A stretch of 64,000 nucleotides of DNA, taken from a virus. The notes beneath the pieces are model-generated. The model made no database searches and was not told where the DNA came from. It was given only the letters and a program-made list of their open reading frames with translations. Every line of letters begins with the position of its first letter. Position 1 is the stretch's first letter. Shown in pieces: positions 38,082 through 47,514 of the stretch. Location of the stretch: the IMG/VR virus record IMGVR_UViG_3300033153_006968, positions 1-64,000 of that record; one strand, given 5' to 3'. A program made the position numbers and the translations under genes.

Positions 38082-41000
38082 CTACCTCAAAACTCTATTT
38101 GCTATTGTTGACGGACTTAAGCTATTACTATTATCTCTTACATTTACGTTAATTCTATCAGCTCCTGTAGCAGCTCCTAACCTACTTGTAAAATCTCTAC
38201 TCATTTGCTTAGTCGTTACGCGCGCAGAAACATTCGTTGCTTGGCCAGGGTTAACGCGAACTGTAGGAGTATACATTCTTGACGGAGGAGAAGGACTGCC
38301 TACTGCTTGGCCAGGAGGCATTACGTCTTCTGGTTTCATTTGAGAACCAGCCTTATTCACCCTCATCATAGGTCTAGAATCTGGTATCATCACTGAGCCA
38401 GGACCTACAAGGCTGTCTGGCTTACTTAATGCTGCGGCTATAGCAAGAGAACCAGCAAAGCCGAAACCAACAGCTTTCTTATGTTTCAGAACTCCCAATC
38501 CCGCCGAAGCAAGAAAATTCTTCGCAGTCATGGCAGCTTTAGAAACATTAGCTCCCAACCCAGTTGCTACACCTCCTGTATAGGCTAGATATTTTCCGAG
38601 TTGCTCAACGGTAGGAGCCATTCTGCCCTGCGCCATACGGGCCATTTTGTCCATTCCTGTAGCTTCAGAGATTTCGAGAGCAGATATAATATCCTGTGAT
38701 GCCTGCCTCACATTAGGAGCAGGAAGAACGTTGCTCATTTTTATTCCATAATGTTTTTCAACATCTTTTATTATTGCAGATCCTGGATCTATTGTCACTC
38801 CTTCAGTTAGATATCTCCCCGCAAGAGATCCTTCGTCCATAGCTCCCATAATGGTGCTTTCAAGCCTAGCGGCATTTTTATCCCGTAAACTTGACTGAAG
38901 AGTTTTGAAATAGTTTTCCATCTGATATTCAAGAACTTCTCTTTGGCCATGGTGTTTACCTGCAATAGCCATCTGTTCTCCGTGCTGAAGTACGAACAAA
39001 GCATCTGCCGTCCTTTGTTTAGATAGTCCCGATTCTACTATCGCCTTTCTTGCCATCGAGATGTCGGTAGATACCAAAGGAGTCCACTTCTGAGCAGTAC
39101 CTAGTTTCATAGCGTCGGCAACCATTCCTTGTCGAGTCGTCAACTCTCCTAAAGCGACCGTTCCAGATCTTGCTTTAATGATCTGAGTCCTAATAGAGTG
39201 TTGTACCTGCGCTTGAGTATATATGTTATCTTGATATAAAAGTTGCTCTCCAATTTTTTCGCCAATCTTAGGCTTCATGAAAGCTGCGGCGATAATATCT
39301 GCATCAAAGTCGGCCAACATACCTGCTGCAGGAGATAGAGTAAGGGCCGCTTCTTTCCCTCCAGATTTGAGAGAGGTGGCAAAAGAAGGTAAAGATATAA
39401 TCGGTTCAGTAATTCCTTCTATCGCTCTGATATTTACCCCCTGAATAGATCCAGCGGCCGTAAAAGGGTGTCTCATAAGTATCCCGGGAGACCCAGATCC
39501 TAAAAATTGCTTCTCTATCTTTGTAACTTCAGCCCTAGAATAAACTCCGGTATCTACCAACTCTTCAAGCATTTGCCTTCCATGCCCTATCGGGATCCCG
39601 ACCTCTGCAGCGTGTGCCGGAGTAAATCCCTTTACCTTTGTCAACCCGGTAAAAAATCTTGAACCAAGAATCTTTCTCTTCTTGCCGAATAAAGCTCCTG
39701 CGCCTTCGCCATATGGCGCCTGTTGTTTTTGAATTCCTCCTATGAAGTCTCTAATAGCTACATCTGCATCAAGTAAGTCAGCGCTCTTCTCGGCAGATAG
39801 TTGTCTTGCTAGAGTATGATAAATACCAGCTACATCTCCTTTTACAGTATCTCCTGCAGCGGTCATATAAGGCTTTAATATATCTCCGCCGGGAATAAAA
39901 ACTTCTCTCTTCCCAGCCTTTAGCCATCCACCTTCTTTACCGCCTGCCTCTAACCAAGCTTGAAATCCTGCTGAGTCATATCCTTTAACTCCAATATCCC
40001 ACATACGAGCACCCTTCCCAGGAGAAGCCATGCCTTCAACAGATTGTAACGTTTTGGTCAGGGCATCATATGTAGCGGTAGCTCTTGGGTCCGTCATGGC
40101 AGCTCTCCGAGCAAAGTCCTCTGCAATCTCTTCTCCAAGTGCTCCATGTTGTCCCGCGCGCAAAAGATCAAATGCTCTAGATTCTATAGATCCTAACTTT
40201 CCAGCACCAGTTCTTTCCATTGTCTCGCCAAACATAGACTGAGATATACCCAGAGATAATCCCTCAGTTCCAAGCAAAGCGTCAAATTGATGCACTGAAA
40301 TACCTGCTTCTTTCATAGCAAATCGCTTCACGCCTTTGATAAAACCTTCACCTTCACCATATTTTCCAGCTATATAAGAGGCAAACACATTTGGATTTCG
40401 CATAAACGAAGCGAGTTTACCGTTGCGACGAATGGCATCTTCCGTTCTCGTCCCTTCGATCATATCCCAAAGACCAGTGATAATCTGGTTGTTTCTGTTG
40501 GCCATCTTTAATTTATTAGCAGAAGCTATCTGCAAAGGTTCTCCAGTCGCCATAGCGTCCAAAAATGGCCGACGTTGCTCCGGAGACATTCCTGCAGTTA
40601 AATCCCATACCGACTGTCTAACATCTGCCGGATCTGCAAATTTCATCATCGCTTTGAGACCACCAAAAGCACCAAAGATCTTTTGAGCTATACCAGGTCT
40701 ATGAGTCTGTAAATAATAAAGAGATTTTAAATCTCCCTTACCGACAGTAGAAAACCCTTCAACTCCCAACAACTTCATATTGCTTTCATAAGCAACGCCT
40801 TTGCCTTCCGGCGTCCAACCAAGCATCTCACCTGGTGTAAAAGTTGCGCCTTTAGCGATACGCTCTTCTACGCCTTCAACAAATGTCTTAAAATGTACTG
40901 GATCAGGCATTCTAAATGCTTCAAGCATTCTTCTTGTCTGAGGAGTTCCTGTAATAATACTTTCGCCTTCTCCCAGCCCTAGCTTCTGAAGTTGGGTGGC

Positions 41001-42353
41001 GTATTTTTCTGGATCTACATAGAGAGTTCTTATATGTGGTGCAGCATAGGCTCCAAAATCTTTACGCCAACCTTGTGTTTCAAATATGGACCATTTAGAT
41101 CCCTGATTCATAAACTCTTCAACGGCAGCAGGAGTCATTCTCCATTCTCTAGCTGCTTGCATGGGCCTATTACCAAAAGAGGCGACTTCTGGAGTTGGAG
41201 ACCAAGCTCTTGGATCAAGAGTGGATAGCCTCCATTTGGATAGATTCTTAGGACTCGTAGAAGGATATAGTCCACCTTGTTCCATAATACGAGCCCCTTC
41301 TCGACTCGTAGGTTCTCTAAATATATCTCCTTCAAGAATACGAACGTCTACAGCTTGTCCGCGAATATTTAATTCACTCTTTCTAGCAGCGTTTTTTATA
41401 CTAGATGGAAGATTAGGGACATGCGGCATAGCAAATATATCTCTCTCATATACTGATTTCAATACTTTTTGAATATCAAAGGCGGATTTATATTCGCCCG
41501 CAGCAAGACTTGGTAATATCGTCTGTTCTATATCTTTAAGATAATACTGAGTCCTCGTCATCTTCTCTAACAGATTGCCACGAGGATCAAAAATATGTGC
41601 TCCAACAGCTACCCTCTTCGAAGACTGGGTAAGGCCTTCTACTAATGCTCCTTTCTGAGACATCGGAATAGTCACGTCAAATTTATGTTTCCCATATCTG
41701 AAAGGCATCTTGTATGTCCCAAAACCTTCTTGTTGCCAACCTTTACGAGTATAATATTTGACCTCTCCAGCAGCAGTAACGCCTGTATCTTTAGTAAACT
41801 CTTTATGAAATGCCTGTAATTCAGCAGGTAATTCATTGATGGCTTTATTCATTGCGCGCGGAAAAGAAAGATTTTCTACTCTCTCAACTGTAGGCATCTT
41901 GCCGATTACCTCCATATGTTTACCAAGTAGTCCTACATTCTTTTTAAACTTTCGATAAGCAGACGCCATAAATAGAGAGTTATTACGCTGAAGTGTTTGC
42001 TTTATAGATGTGTAGACTTTGTTGGCAGGCATAGTTTTTATATCGCCGGCGAATGAAAGAACTTCCCCTGCTAATGGATCTGTAGATTGTATAGCTTCTA
42101 TCCATGCCCTTCTAGCTATCTCTGCACCTTCTTTAGTCCTGAAAACACCAGCCATCTCATTCATTAAGCTCATATCTATAGCCGAAACAGCTTCTCTTGG
42201 CGCGGCAGATACAGCTTTATTCAGGAATGAAGAGCCCATACTTGGAGGAACAAAAGCACCAGCCTTAGCTGCTTGATGAATAGCGAAACCAGAACCAGCA
42301 ACAAAAGGAGATGCTACTAATAAATCTTTCAAAAAGTTCCTATCGTCAGGCAC
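38082..42353 (-). CDS. Putative single-chain two-barrel RNA polymerase at the tape-measure locus (virion RNAP)
   Basis: Beta-like EGESII, KGATFTPGEMLG, QKIFGAFGGLKA; beta'-like FGKKRKILGSR, EVGIP, MRHP..GSIQ, ADFDAD (39297-39311 for DFDAD); GTG start. Confidence 0.78.
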   Translation of the reverse strand: MPDDRNFLKDLLVASPFVAGSGFAIHQAAKAGAFVPPSMGSSFLNKAVSAAPREAVSAIDMSLMNEMAGVFRTKEGAEIARRAWIEAIQSTDPLAGEVLSFAGDIKTMPANKVYTSIKQTLQRNNSLFMASAYRKFKKNVGLLGKHMEVIGKMPTVERVENLSFPRAMNKAINELPAELQAFHKEFTKDTGVTAAGEVKYYTRKGWQQEGFGTYKMPFRYGKHKFDVTIPMSQKGALVEGLTQSSKRVAVGAHIFDPRGNLLEKMTRTQYYLKDIEQTILPSLAAGEYKSAFDIQKVLKSVYERDIFAMPHVPNLPSSIKNAARKSELNIRGQAVDVRILEGDIFREPTSREGARIMEQGGLYPSTSPKNLSKWRLSTLDPRAWSPTPEVASFGNRPMQAAREWRMTPAAVEEFMNQGSKWSIFETQGWRKDFGAYAAPHIRTLYVDPEKYATQLQKLGLGEGESIITGTPQTRRMLEAFRMPDPVHFKTFVEGVEERIAKGATFTPGEMLGWTPEGKGVAYESNMKLLGVEGFSTVGKGDLKSLYYLQTHRPGIAQKIFGAFGGLKAMMKFADPADVRQSVWDLTAGMSPEQRRPFLDAMATGEPLQIASANKLKMANRNNQIITGLWDMIEGTRTEDAIRRNGKLASFMRNPNVFASYIAGKYGEGEGFIKGVKRFAMKEAGISVHQFDALLGTEGLSLGISQSMFGETMERTGAGKLGSIESRAFDLLRAGQHGALGEEIAEDFARRAAMTDPRATATYDALTKTLQSVEGMASPGKGARMWDIGVKGYDSAGFQAWLEAGGKEGGWLKAGKREVFIPGGDILKPYMTAAGDTVKGDVAGIYHTLARQLSAEKSADLLDADVAIRDFIGGIQKQQAPYGEGAGALFGKKRKILGSRFFTGLTKVKGFTPAHAAEVGIPIGHGRQMLEELVDTGVYSRAEVTKIEKQFLGSGSPGILMRHPFTAAGSIQGVNIRAIEGITEPIISLPSFATSLKSGGKEAALTLSPAAGMLADFDADIIAAAFMKPKIGEKIGEQLLYQDNIYTQAQVQHSIRTQIIKARSGTVALGELTTRQGMVADAMKLGTAQKWTPLVSTDISMARKAIVESGLSKQRTADALFVLQHGEQMAIAGKHHGQREVLEYQMENYFKTLQSSLRDKNAARLESTIMGAMDEGSLAGRYLTEGVTIDPGSAIIKDVEKHYGIKMSNVLPAPNVRQASQDIISALEISEATGMDKMARMAQGRMAPTVEQLGKYLAYTGGVATGLGANVSKAAMTAKNFLASAGLGVLKHKKAVGFGFAGSLAIAAALSKPDSLVGPGSVMIPDSRPMMRVNKAGSQMKPEDVMPPGQAVGSPSPPSRMYTPTVRVNPGQATNVSARVTTKQMSRDFTSRLGAATGADRINVNVRDNSNSLSPSTIANRVLR

Positions 42354-45300
42354 TTAACACCTTCCTTATGGCTTCAACAGCCTCATCGGTCTTATCTTCT
42401 TCAACTTCTATATCTACGGACGTTCCACTTCCAGATCGAGAAGTAATGAACGAACTACTATTCTCCATCTTATCAACAAAAAACAATTCGTTAAGTCTAC
42501 CCTGTACATCTTCTCTAGAGAGCTTTTCAGACTCAAGCAGAGGTTGGATAGCCTCTTCGTCTATAAACTCTTTGTAGGGCAATTCTGCGCCTCTGGAGGG
42601 CCATAAATTAAGCTCGATAGGATCTCCTCCAATCTCCTGGACAAGTTTGAGTTTAACATCTTCTAAATCAACTGAAGGATGAAAGCCCGCCCAATCCGCC
42701 CCGGGAATAGAAGGAACCTGAGAAAGTAACTTGGTTCTTCTATACCAATCAGGGTAACTCTCTCCTTTAAGCTTTGTAGCTACATATTCTGCAAATAGAT
42801 CTTTGCTTGTAGGGAGTCCTTCTGTTCGAGCCTCGTCGTAAACTTGATCTATCTCTTCTTCTGCTTCTGCCTCTTGCTCTTCTGTGAGTACTCCTTCTTT
42901 GATTGCGGTTTTGAGATCTTGAGCATGAACCATCTTCCACCGCGCAAGATAAAGAGACTTTTCATTCTCTGGCACCATCTCTAAGATGCGCGCCCTCTCT
43001 TCATATGACTCGGCACCTTCAAATGCTTGAAAGTAATCTCTTTCTCTTCTCGGGAGTGAGCGATAAATAGATGTATAATTTCTAGTATAAGGACTAACTC
43101 CGAATAACGTTTCGTTCTTCTTTGCTTCGAATTCTTTGACCGCAGCAGTATCATCAGCCATCTGTGCCATATTAGATAACCTTGCATATTTGGTATACTT
43201 GAGAATATCAAAATATTCCTCTATATTTCTGAGATGTTCGGAATGTTCAGGAACGCCTTCGGCACCAAGGGCTCGTCCCATTAATCTTCCGAATGGTTTA
43301 GCAAAGTGTTCAAGAGGGTGTGTCCAGAAAGCACTTGGAGTTCCGTAGAGAACATCCCTCTCATATGCTTCGATAGCAGTTCTAGTATGAACTAGTTTGC
43401 CGCCAGGAGATACAGGAGTCAACTGATCAAAAGCAGTCTCTGCGTTGTGAGCAAGTAGCTCCCAATAGCCACCAAATAATCTATCGGATAAAGAAGTCTC
43501 CTTTGCTCCAGAAGCTTTCCATTCATTCATCGCAATCATCAAGTCAGAACTTTCCTGCCGCGCGGGAGAAAAAATATCGCCCATTGGTGACAGATGTTTA
43601 TATTCTTGAAATTCTATTCTCTGTTTTTTGGATTTAACCTGCTCAAGAGTAGTCTGATATATATCTTCCTCTTGTTCGGACCAATCTCCCCTTGTTCTCT
43701 TCCCTCTTATCTTAGAATAAGTTCTCTTATATTTGTCTGTATATGGAGCCACATCGGCTAATATTTTATATTGATGAATAAGGGGATAGTCCGCAGGGTC
43801 TACGCCTTCTAGCTCTGGATGGAGAGCAGCATATCCAACACCAGGAAGACGTATTTCTCCCATTTGTACTTTGGTAAATGGATCGCCATATTGAATATTA
43901 GGTCCTCTTTCTCCAGGCCCTGGCAACCATTCAGGCATTAAATTTCTAATAGGATTCTGAAGTTCAATCTGTCTTCTTCTATGAGGATACAAACGCCTCC
44001 AGGCTTCACTTAGTCCTGCAAGGCCGCCTAACTCCCTATCCCAATATTCTCTTTCGTAACTAGCTATCCTGCTTGCGCTTTCCAATTGAGACATCTGGTC
44101 AAACCAATCCTGACTACCTGTGAGTTTTTCCTTTATTGCCGAAGAAATAAAACCAGTCAAACCAGGTAATTCAGTTCCTAGTCTATATATCTGCTCACCA
44201 GCCATTTCGGCTAATCCTGGAGCAATAGGAACTCCACCAGGCTCTTGTCCTATCTCTGTAGCTACCCTTCCTCCAAACCCAGGAGCAGGAAGTTTGACTC
44301 CTCTATCAGAGAAAAACTCATCAATGTGCATATATAATTGTGGCTTAATCCATCTGCCTACAGTCTGAGATAATAAAGGTCCAATAAACGGTACATCTTC
44401 AAAAGGTAAACCAGTAGTCGGATAGGGTCTATCCTCATAATGTTCTCTTTCTAGTTCGTAAGTAAATTGACTCTTCCACCATTTAGATACTGGACTTAAT
44501 TCTTCATCTTCTCCCCAGATAGATTTTTCTTTCCCGCGCAACCTAAGCATTGCATAAGTATGTGGACGATAATATCGAATACGGGTACCCTCGTACGGCT
44601 GACGGCCAAGTTCCCACCAACGACTTTTACGTATTGGAACTTCCTGTTCTCCTGAGTAGATACGTCTCAATTCTTCTGGAGATTGTTCCGGAATTAACGC
44701 ACCAGGAATAAAGGGGGCGATGAGAGCCAAGCCAGCAAGAGCACCTGCTCCAATTAGCGCTTTGCTAGGAGTCATTCTGCTCAGTAATTTATTGGTTCCA
44801 GCATTCTCAAAGAATTTCCCCATCTTGGCCCAAGACTCAAACTGCCCATCCAATCTTTGTCGCGCCAAGGAAGAAGATATTCCTTCAGATATTTGAAGGG
44901 CGGCCATCTTCCAAGTCTTATATCCGTAGATTCCAACGCCAATACCCATAGCTCCCATAGCTGGGAAGGCTGCAAGTTTCAGTAAGTCAGTGCTGCCTGG
45001 AGCCACTTCTTTTTGTTTCCGTACAAATTCTTGAAGTCCGGTCACTTCAGCAATCTCTGCCGCTTTGACATGCGCCGCTACAGGAATGGTTGCCAATCCA
45101 TAGGTAAGGCCATGTTCGAACAGGGTTCCCTCAGTTGCTTCGCTGGTACGCGCTGCCCAATCAAGAGTTCCATACCCAAGAGCAAGAGCGCCTAATCCAA
45201 GTCCATACTTTCCAGATAGCCTAGCTAACATCTCAAGACCACCCGCCTCTTTAACTGCAAGATACTTGCCAACAGAGGGCATAAAACGACCAATACCGGG

Positions 45301-46101
45301 TATCTTACTAGGAGAGTCGGCAGTCATTCTGAGTAATCTATTAAACCTCTGTATTTGCTCAGTCCCAAGAGCGCCTAACTTTCTACCCCAGTGTTCTGTT
45401 AGAGTTTTTCCGCCTATTATCTGGGCAGCATATCCTTCACCAAGCTGAGGGTTAACTATAATTTGTTTGCCCCACTTGAATTCAGGAGAAGCAAAGAAAC
45501 GATCAAAAGGAATGGATCCTTTTAATCCAAGTCTACGCGCATAAGCTCCGCCGATATGGGATCTTTCTCCAACTCCAGGAGACGTAATAGCTGAAGCATA
45601 TTTAAGGGCTACATCCCCGCCGCCCCAATAAAGGCTACCTCCTTTGAGAGATACTCCTTCCTGAAGCAATCTCTGGTATGTAAAGGAACCAGGCTTCTCA
45701 CCTATAATACGGGCAAGATATTCGGCGTATTGCTTATTCTTACCTAATAATTCTGGACCAACAACTAATTCGGCTTTTCTTACAGCTGTTTCAAATGGGC
45801 TAAATATATGACTTAATTGGAATGTTCTAAACGCTTTAACGGGAGAGTATTCTTCAAGTGCTCTCAAGCCAGCGACATAGTAATCCCATACATGCTTGCC
45901 CTTTCTTCCGGCAGGCATATACCCTAACGCCCCAATTGCTCCAAGAGTGGCAGCAAAACCAGCTACGCCACCAACTTGTGATCCGATTGGTCGGGTTAAT
46001 TTTTGGGGTTCAGTTGTCCAGTAATCAGGTTGGCTGGTTGGATCTGTTAAAGATGGGCCGTAATAAGACCGTGCAGAATTGAATACAAATTGATTAGCCA
46101 C
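42346..46101 (-). CDS. Tape-measure-like / ejection protein with hydrophobic segments
   Basis: Directly follows tail chaperones; several Gly/Ala-rich hydrophobic helices; helical composition; GTG start. Confidence 0.6.
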   Translation of the reverse strand: MANQFVFNSARSYYGPSLTDPTSQPDYWTTEPQKLTRPIGSQVGGVAGFAATLGAIGALGYMPAGRKGKHVWDYYVAGLRALEEYSPVKAFRTFQLSHIFSPFETAVRKAELVVGPELLGKNKQYAEYLARIIGEKPGSFTYQRLLQEGVSLKGGSLYWGGGDVALKYASAITSPGVGERSHIGGAYARRLGLKGSIPFDRFFASPEFKWGKQIIVNPQLGEGYAAQIIGGKTLTEHWGRKLGALGTEQIQRFNRLLRMTADSPSKIPGIGRFMPSVGKYLAVKEAGGLEMLARLSGKYGLGLGALALGYGTLDWAARTSEATEGTLFEHGLTYGLATIPVAAHVKAAEIAEVTGLQEFVRKQKEVAPGSTDLLKLAAFPAMGAMGIGVGIYGYKTWKMAALQISEGISSSLARQRLDGQFESWAKMGKFFENAGTNKLLSRMTPSKALIGAGALAGLALIAPFIPGALIPEQSPEELRRIYSGEQEVPIRKSRWWELGRQPYEGTRIRYYRPHTYAMLRLRGKEKSIWGEDEELSPVSKWWKSQFTYELEREHYEDRPYPTTGLPFEDVPFIGPLLSQTVGRWIKPQLYMHIDEFFSDRGVKLPAPGFGGRVATEIGQEPGGVPIAPGLAEMAGEQIYRLGTELPGLTGFISSAIKEKLTGSQDWFDQMSQLESASRIASYEREYWDRELGGLAGLSEAWRRLYPHRRRQIELQNPIRNLMPEWLPGPGERGPNIQYGDPFTKVQMGEIRLPGVGYAALHPELEGVDPADYPLIHQYKILADVAPYTDKYKRTYSKIRGKRTRGDWSEQEEDIYQTTLEQVKSKKQRIEFQEYKHLSPMGDIFSPARQESSDLMIAMNEWKASGAKETSLSDRLFGGYWELLAHNAETAFDQLTPVSPGGKLVHTRTAIEAYERDVLYGTPSAFWTHPLEHFAKPFGRLMGRALGAEGVPEHSEHLRNIEEYFDILKYTKYARLSNMAQMADDTAAVKEFEAKKNETLFGVSPYTRNYTSIYRSLPRRERDYFQAFEGAESYEERARILEMVPENEKSLYLARWKMVHAQDLKTAIKEGVLTEEQEAEAEEEIDQVYDEARTEGLPTSKDLFAEYVATKLKGESYPDWYRRTKLLSQVPSIPGADWAGFHPSVDLEDVKLKLVQEIGGDPIELNLWPSRGAELPYKEFIDEEAIQPLLESEKLSREDVQGRLNELFFVDKMENSSSFITSRSGSGTSVDIEVEEDKTDEAVEAIRKVLSA

Positions 46102-46102
46102 A

Positions 46103-47026
46103 CTATTTCTTCTTGAGTTGCTCCTTTAGTCTTTGCCTGTTCCTCTCAATCCTTTCTTCTGCTTCCTTCATTCTTTCATCGAAGGGTTTAATTTTAGCTT
46201 TCTCGCCTCTCTTTAGAGCTTCAAGTTGACTCTTGTACATTGTCTTTGCATCACTAATCATTTGCCTTTCTTCTAAGCTTTCAGCCATAGGATCGGTGTC
46301 TAGATTGTGTACCAGTTCATTTAATGATATCACAGTATTCCCGTCTTCGTCAGTCTCCTTCCCGAAATCAGGAATTGCTTCTTCTTCCATATATGGTTGA
46401 TTAAGAGACTTTTCTCCCGCCGTTTGTCTGCTTCTCGCATTCCAATCTCTTGGTTCTTCTTGTACTTCAAACTCTCTCCTTAATTTAGATAAGTCAACCT
46501 TGGGCTTTCTTCTCTGTTTCTGTTCCGCCCGCTCGTCAAAAAATCCAATAGGCTCTTTGAGGACTCCCAATTCTAGAAGTTTCCGCTCCGCTAGAGCAAG
46601 TCTATCCATTAGGGTATATATATCCATTGAATATATATCATCAGGGGTGTAAGCTGAGAAAGCTTGAGTTATCAAAGAAATAGCTTGATGGACAATATTA
46701 TCTACATTATATCGCGCGAGGTTTAAAAAATATTCGAATTCTTCTGAGTTTTGAGGGGCGGAGCTTCTAAGGATTAGATCCGCGACGAATGATACAGTAC
46801 CTGCTTTTTGCTTATCTATATTCTCTACAAATACTTCATCTTTAACACACTTACAAAAGATCTCATTTTCTAATACCGCCGGGGCAATAAGATTTCTTTG
46901 GATTGCTTGAGCATAATGAAAATACTCACCTACAGATAAAAGTACACAGGGAACAATAGTTCCGTCTGGTACTTCTAATATAAAAACTGGACCGTAGGCT
47001 TGACGGTAATCAGAAAGAGATAGCAA
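46103..47026 (-). CDS. Tail assembly chaperone, GT-like (chaperone domain plus C-terminal extension)
   Basis: N-terminal ~90 aa align with 47033-47446; then YTPDDIYSMDIYTL; TTG start. Confidence 0.6.
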   Translation of the reverse strand: MLSLSDYRQAYGPVFILEVPDGTIVPCVLLSVGEYFHYAQAIQRNLIAPAVLENEIFCKCVKDEVFVENIDKQKAGTVSFVADLILRSSAPQNSEEFEYFLNLARYNVDNIVHQAISLITQAFSAYTPDDIYSMDIYTLMDRLALAERKLLELGVLKEPIGFFDERAEQKQRRKPKVDLSKLRREFEVQEEPRDWNARSRQTAGEKSLNQPYMEEEAIPDFGKETDEDGNTVISLNELVHNLDTDPMAESLEERQMISDAKTMYKSQLEALKRGEKAKIKPFDERMKEAEERIERNRQRLKEQLKKK

Positions 47027-47032
47027 ATTTCC

Positions 47033-47446
47033 TTACAGTTTCATTACGAGCATAGAAGCCATAGCAGGGTTCATAAAGTTGGATTGCATTAGTATTTGCT
47101 CAGAAAGGGTAGGAATACTGCCTCCTTTTCTTTCAAAAATAGATTTGTCCGACGCCCAAAGTAGGCAAGCATCAACTACTCCTCCCTCGAAATCAAGCTC
47201 CTGCCCTTCTTGTTGCCCGGCGAGTTGGGCTTTCTTCTGAAGCTCTAGGTAGTCTGCACGAGAAATAGGGTGCCAGATAAATAGTTCTTCTTCGGAAAAT
47301 CCAGAAGTAAAGATTTCTCCGAATTGCTCTTTCCATTTCTCGATATCTGTCTCAGAAGGAGAATCAGCATGTCCCTTTAGAAACCCTTTAAGATCGGGAG
47401 CCTCAGGAGCTTGTTGCTCAACGGTATTCGTCTCTGTATCTGTCAT
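47033..47446 (-). CDS. Tail assembly chaperone (G-like)
   Basis: Small acidic protein between tube genes and TMP; IEKWKEQFGEIF...PISRADY; AAGGAGGT RBS. Confidence 0.7.
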   Translation of the reverse strand: MTDTETNTVEQQAPEAPDLKGFLKGHADSPSETDIEKWKEQFGEIFTSGFSEEELFIWHPISRADYLELQKKAQLAGQQEGQELDFEGGVVDACLLWASDKSIFERKGGSIPTLSEQILMQSNFMNPAMASMLVMKL

Positions 47447-47473
47447 AGATACCTCCTTGTTCGTCTGCTGTAT

Positions 47474-47502
47474 ATATTACTAGATTGTCACCGGATTGGC
47501 AA
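47474..47502 (-). promoter_or_regulatory. Sigma70-type promoter TTGCCA-17bp-TAATAT
   Basis: Exact 17-bp spacer, upstream of chaperone RBS; -35 lies in an imperfect palindrome TTGCCA-N6-TGACAA. Confidence 0.55.
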
Positions 47503-47514
47503 CTATAAATATCT

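Noticed and set aside
47020-47060. Programmed -1 frameshift between the tail chaperones
   Set aside because: The two ORFs are in the same frame, so a frameshift would not join them
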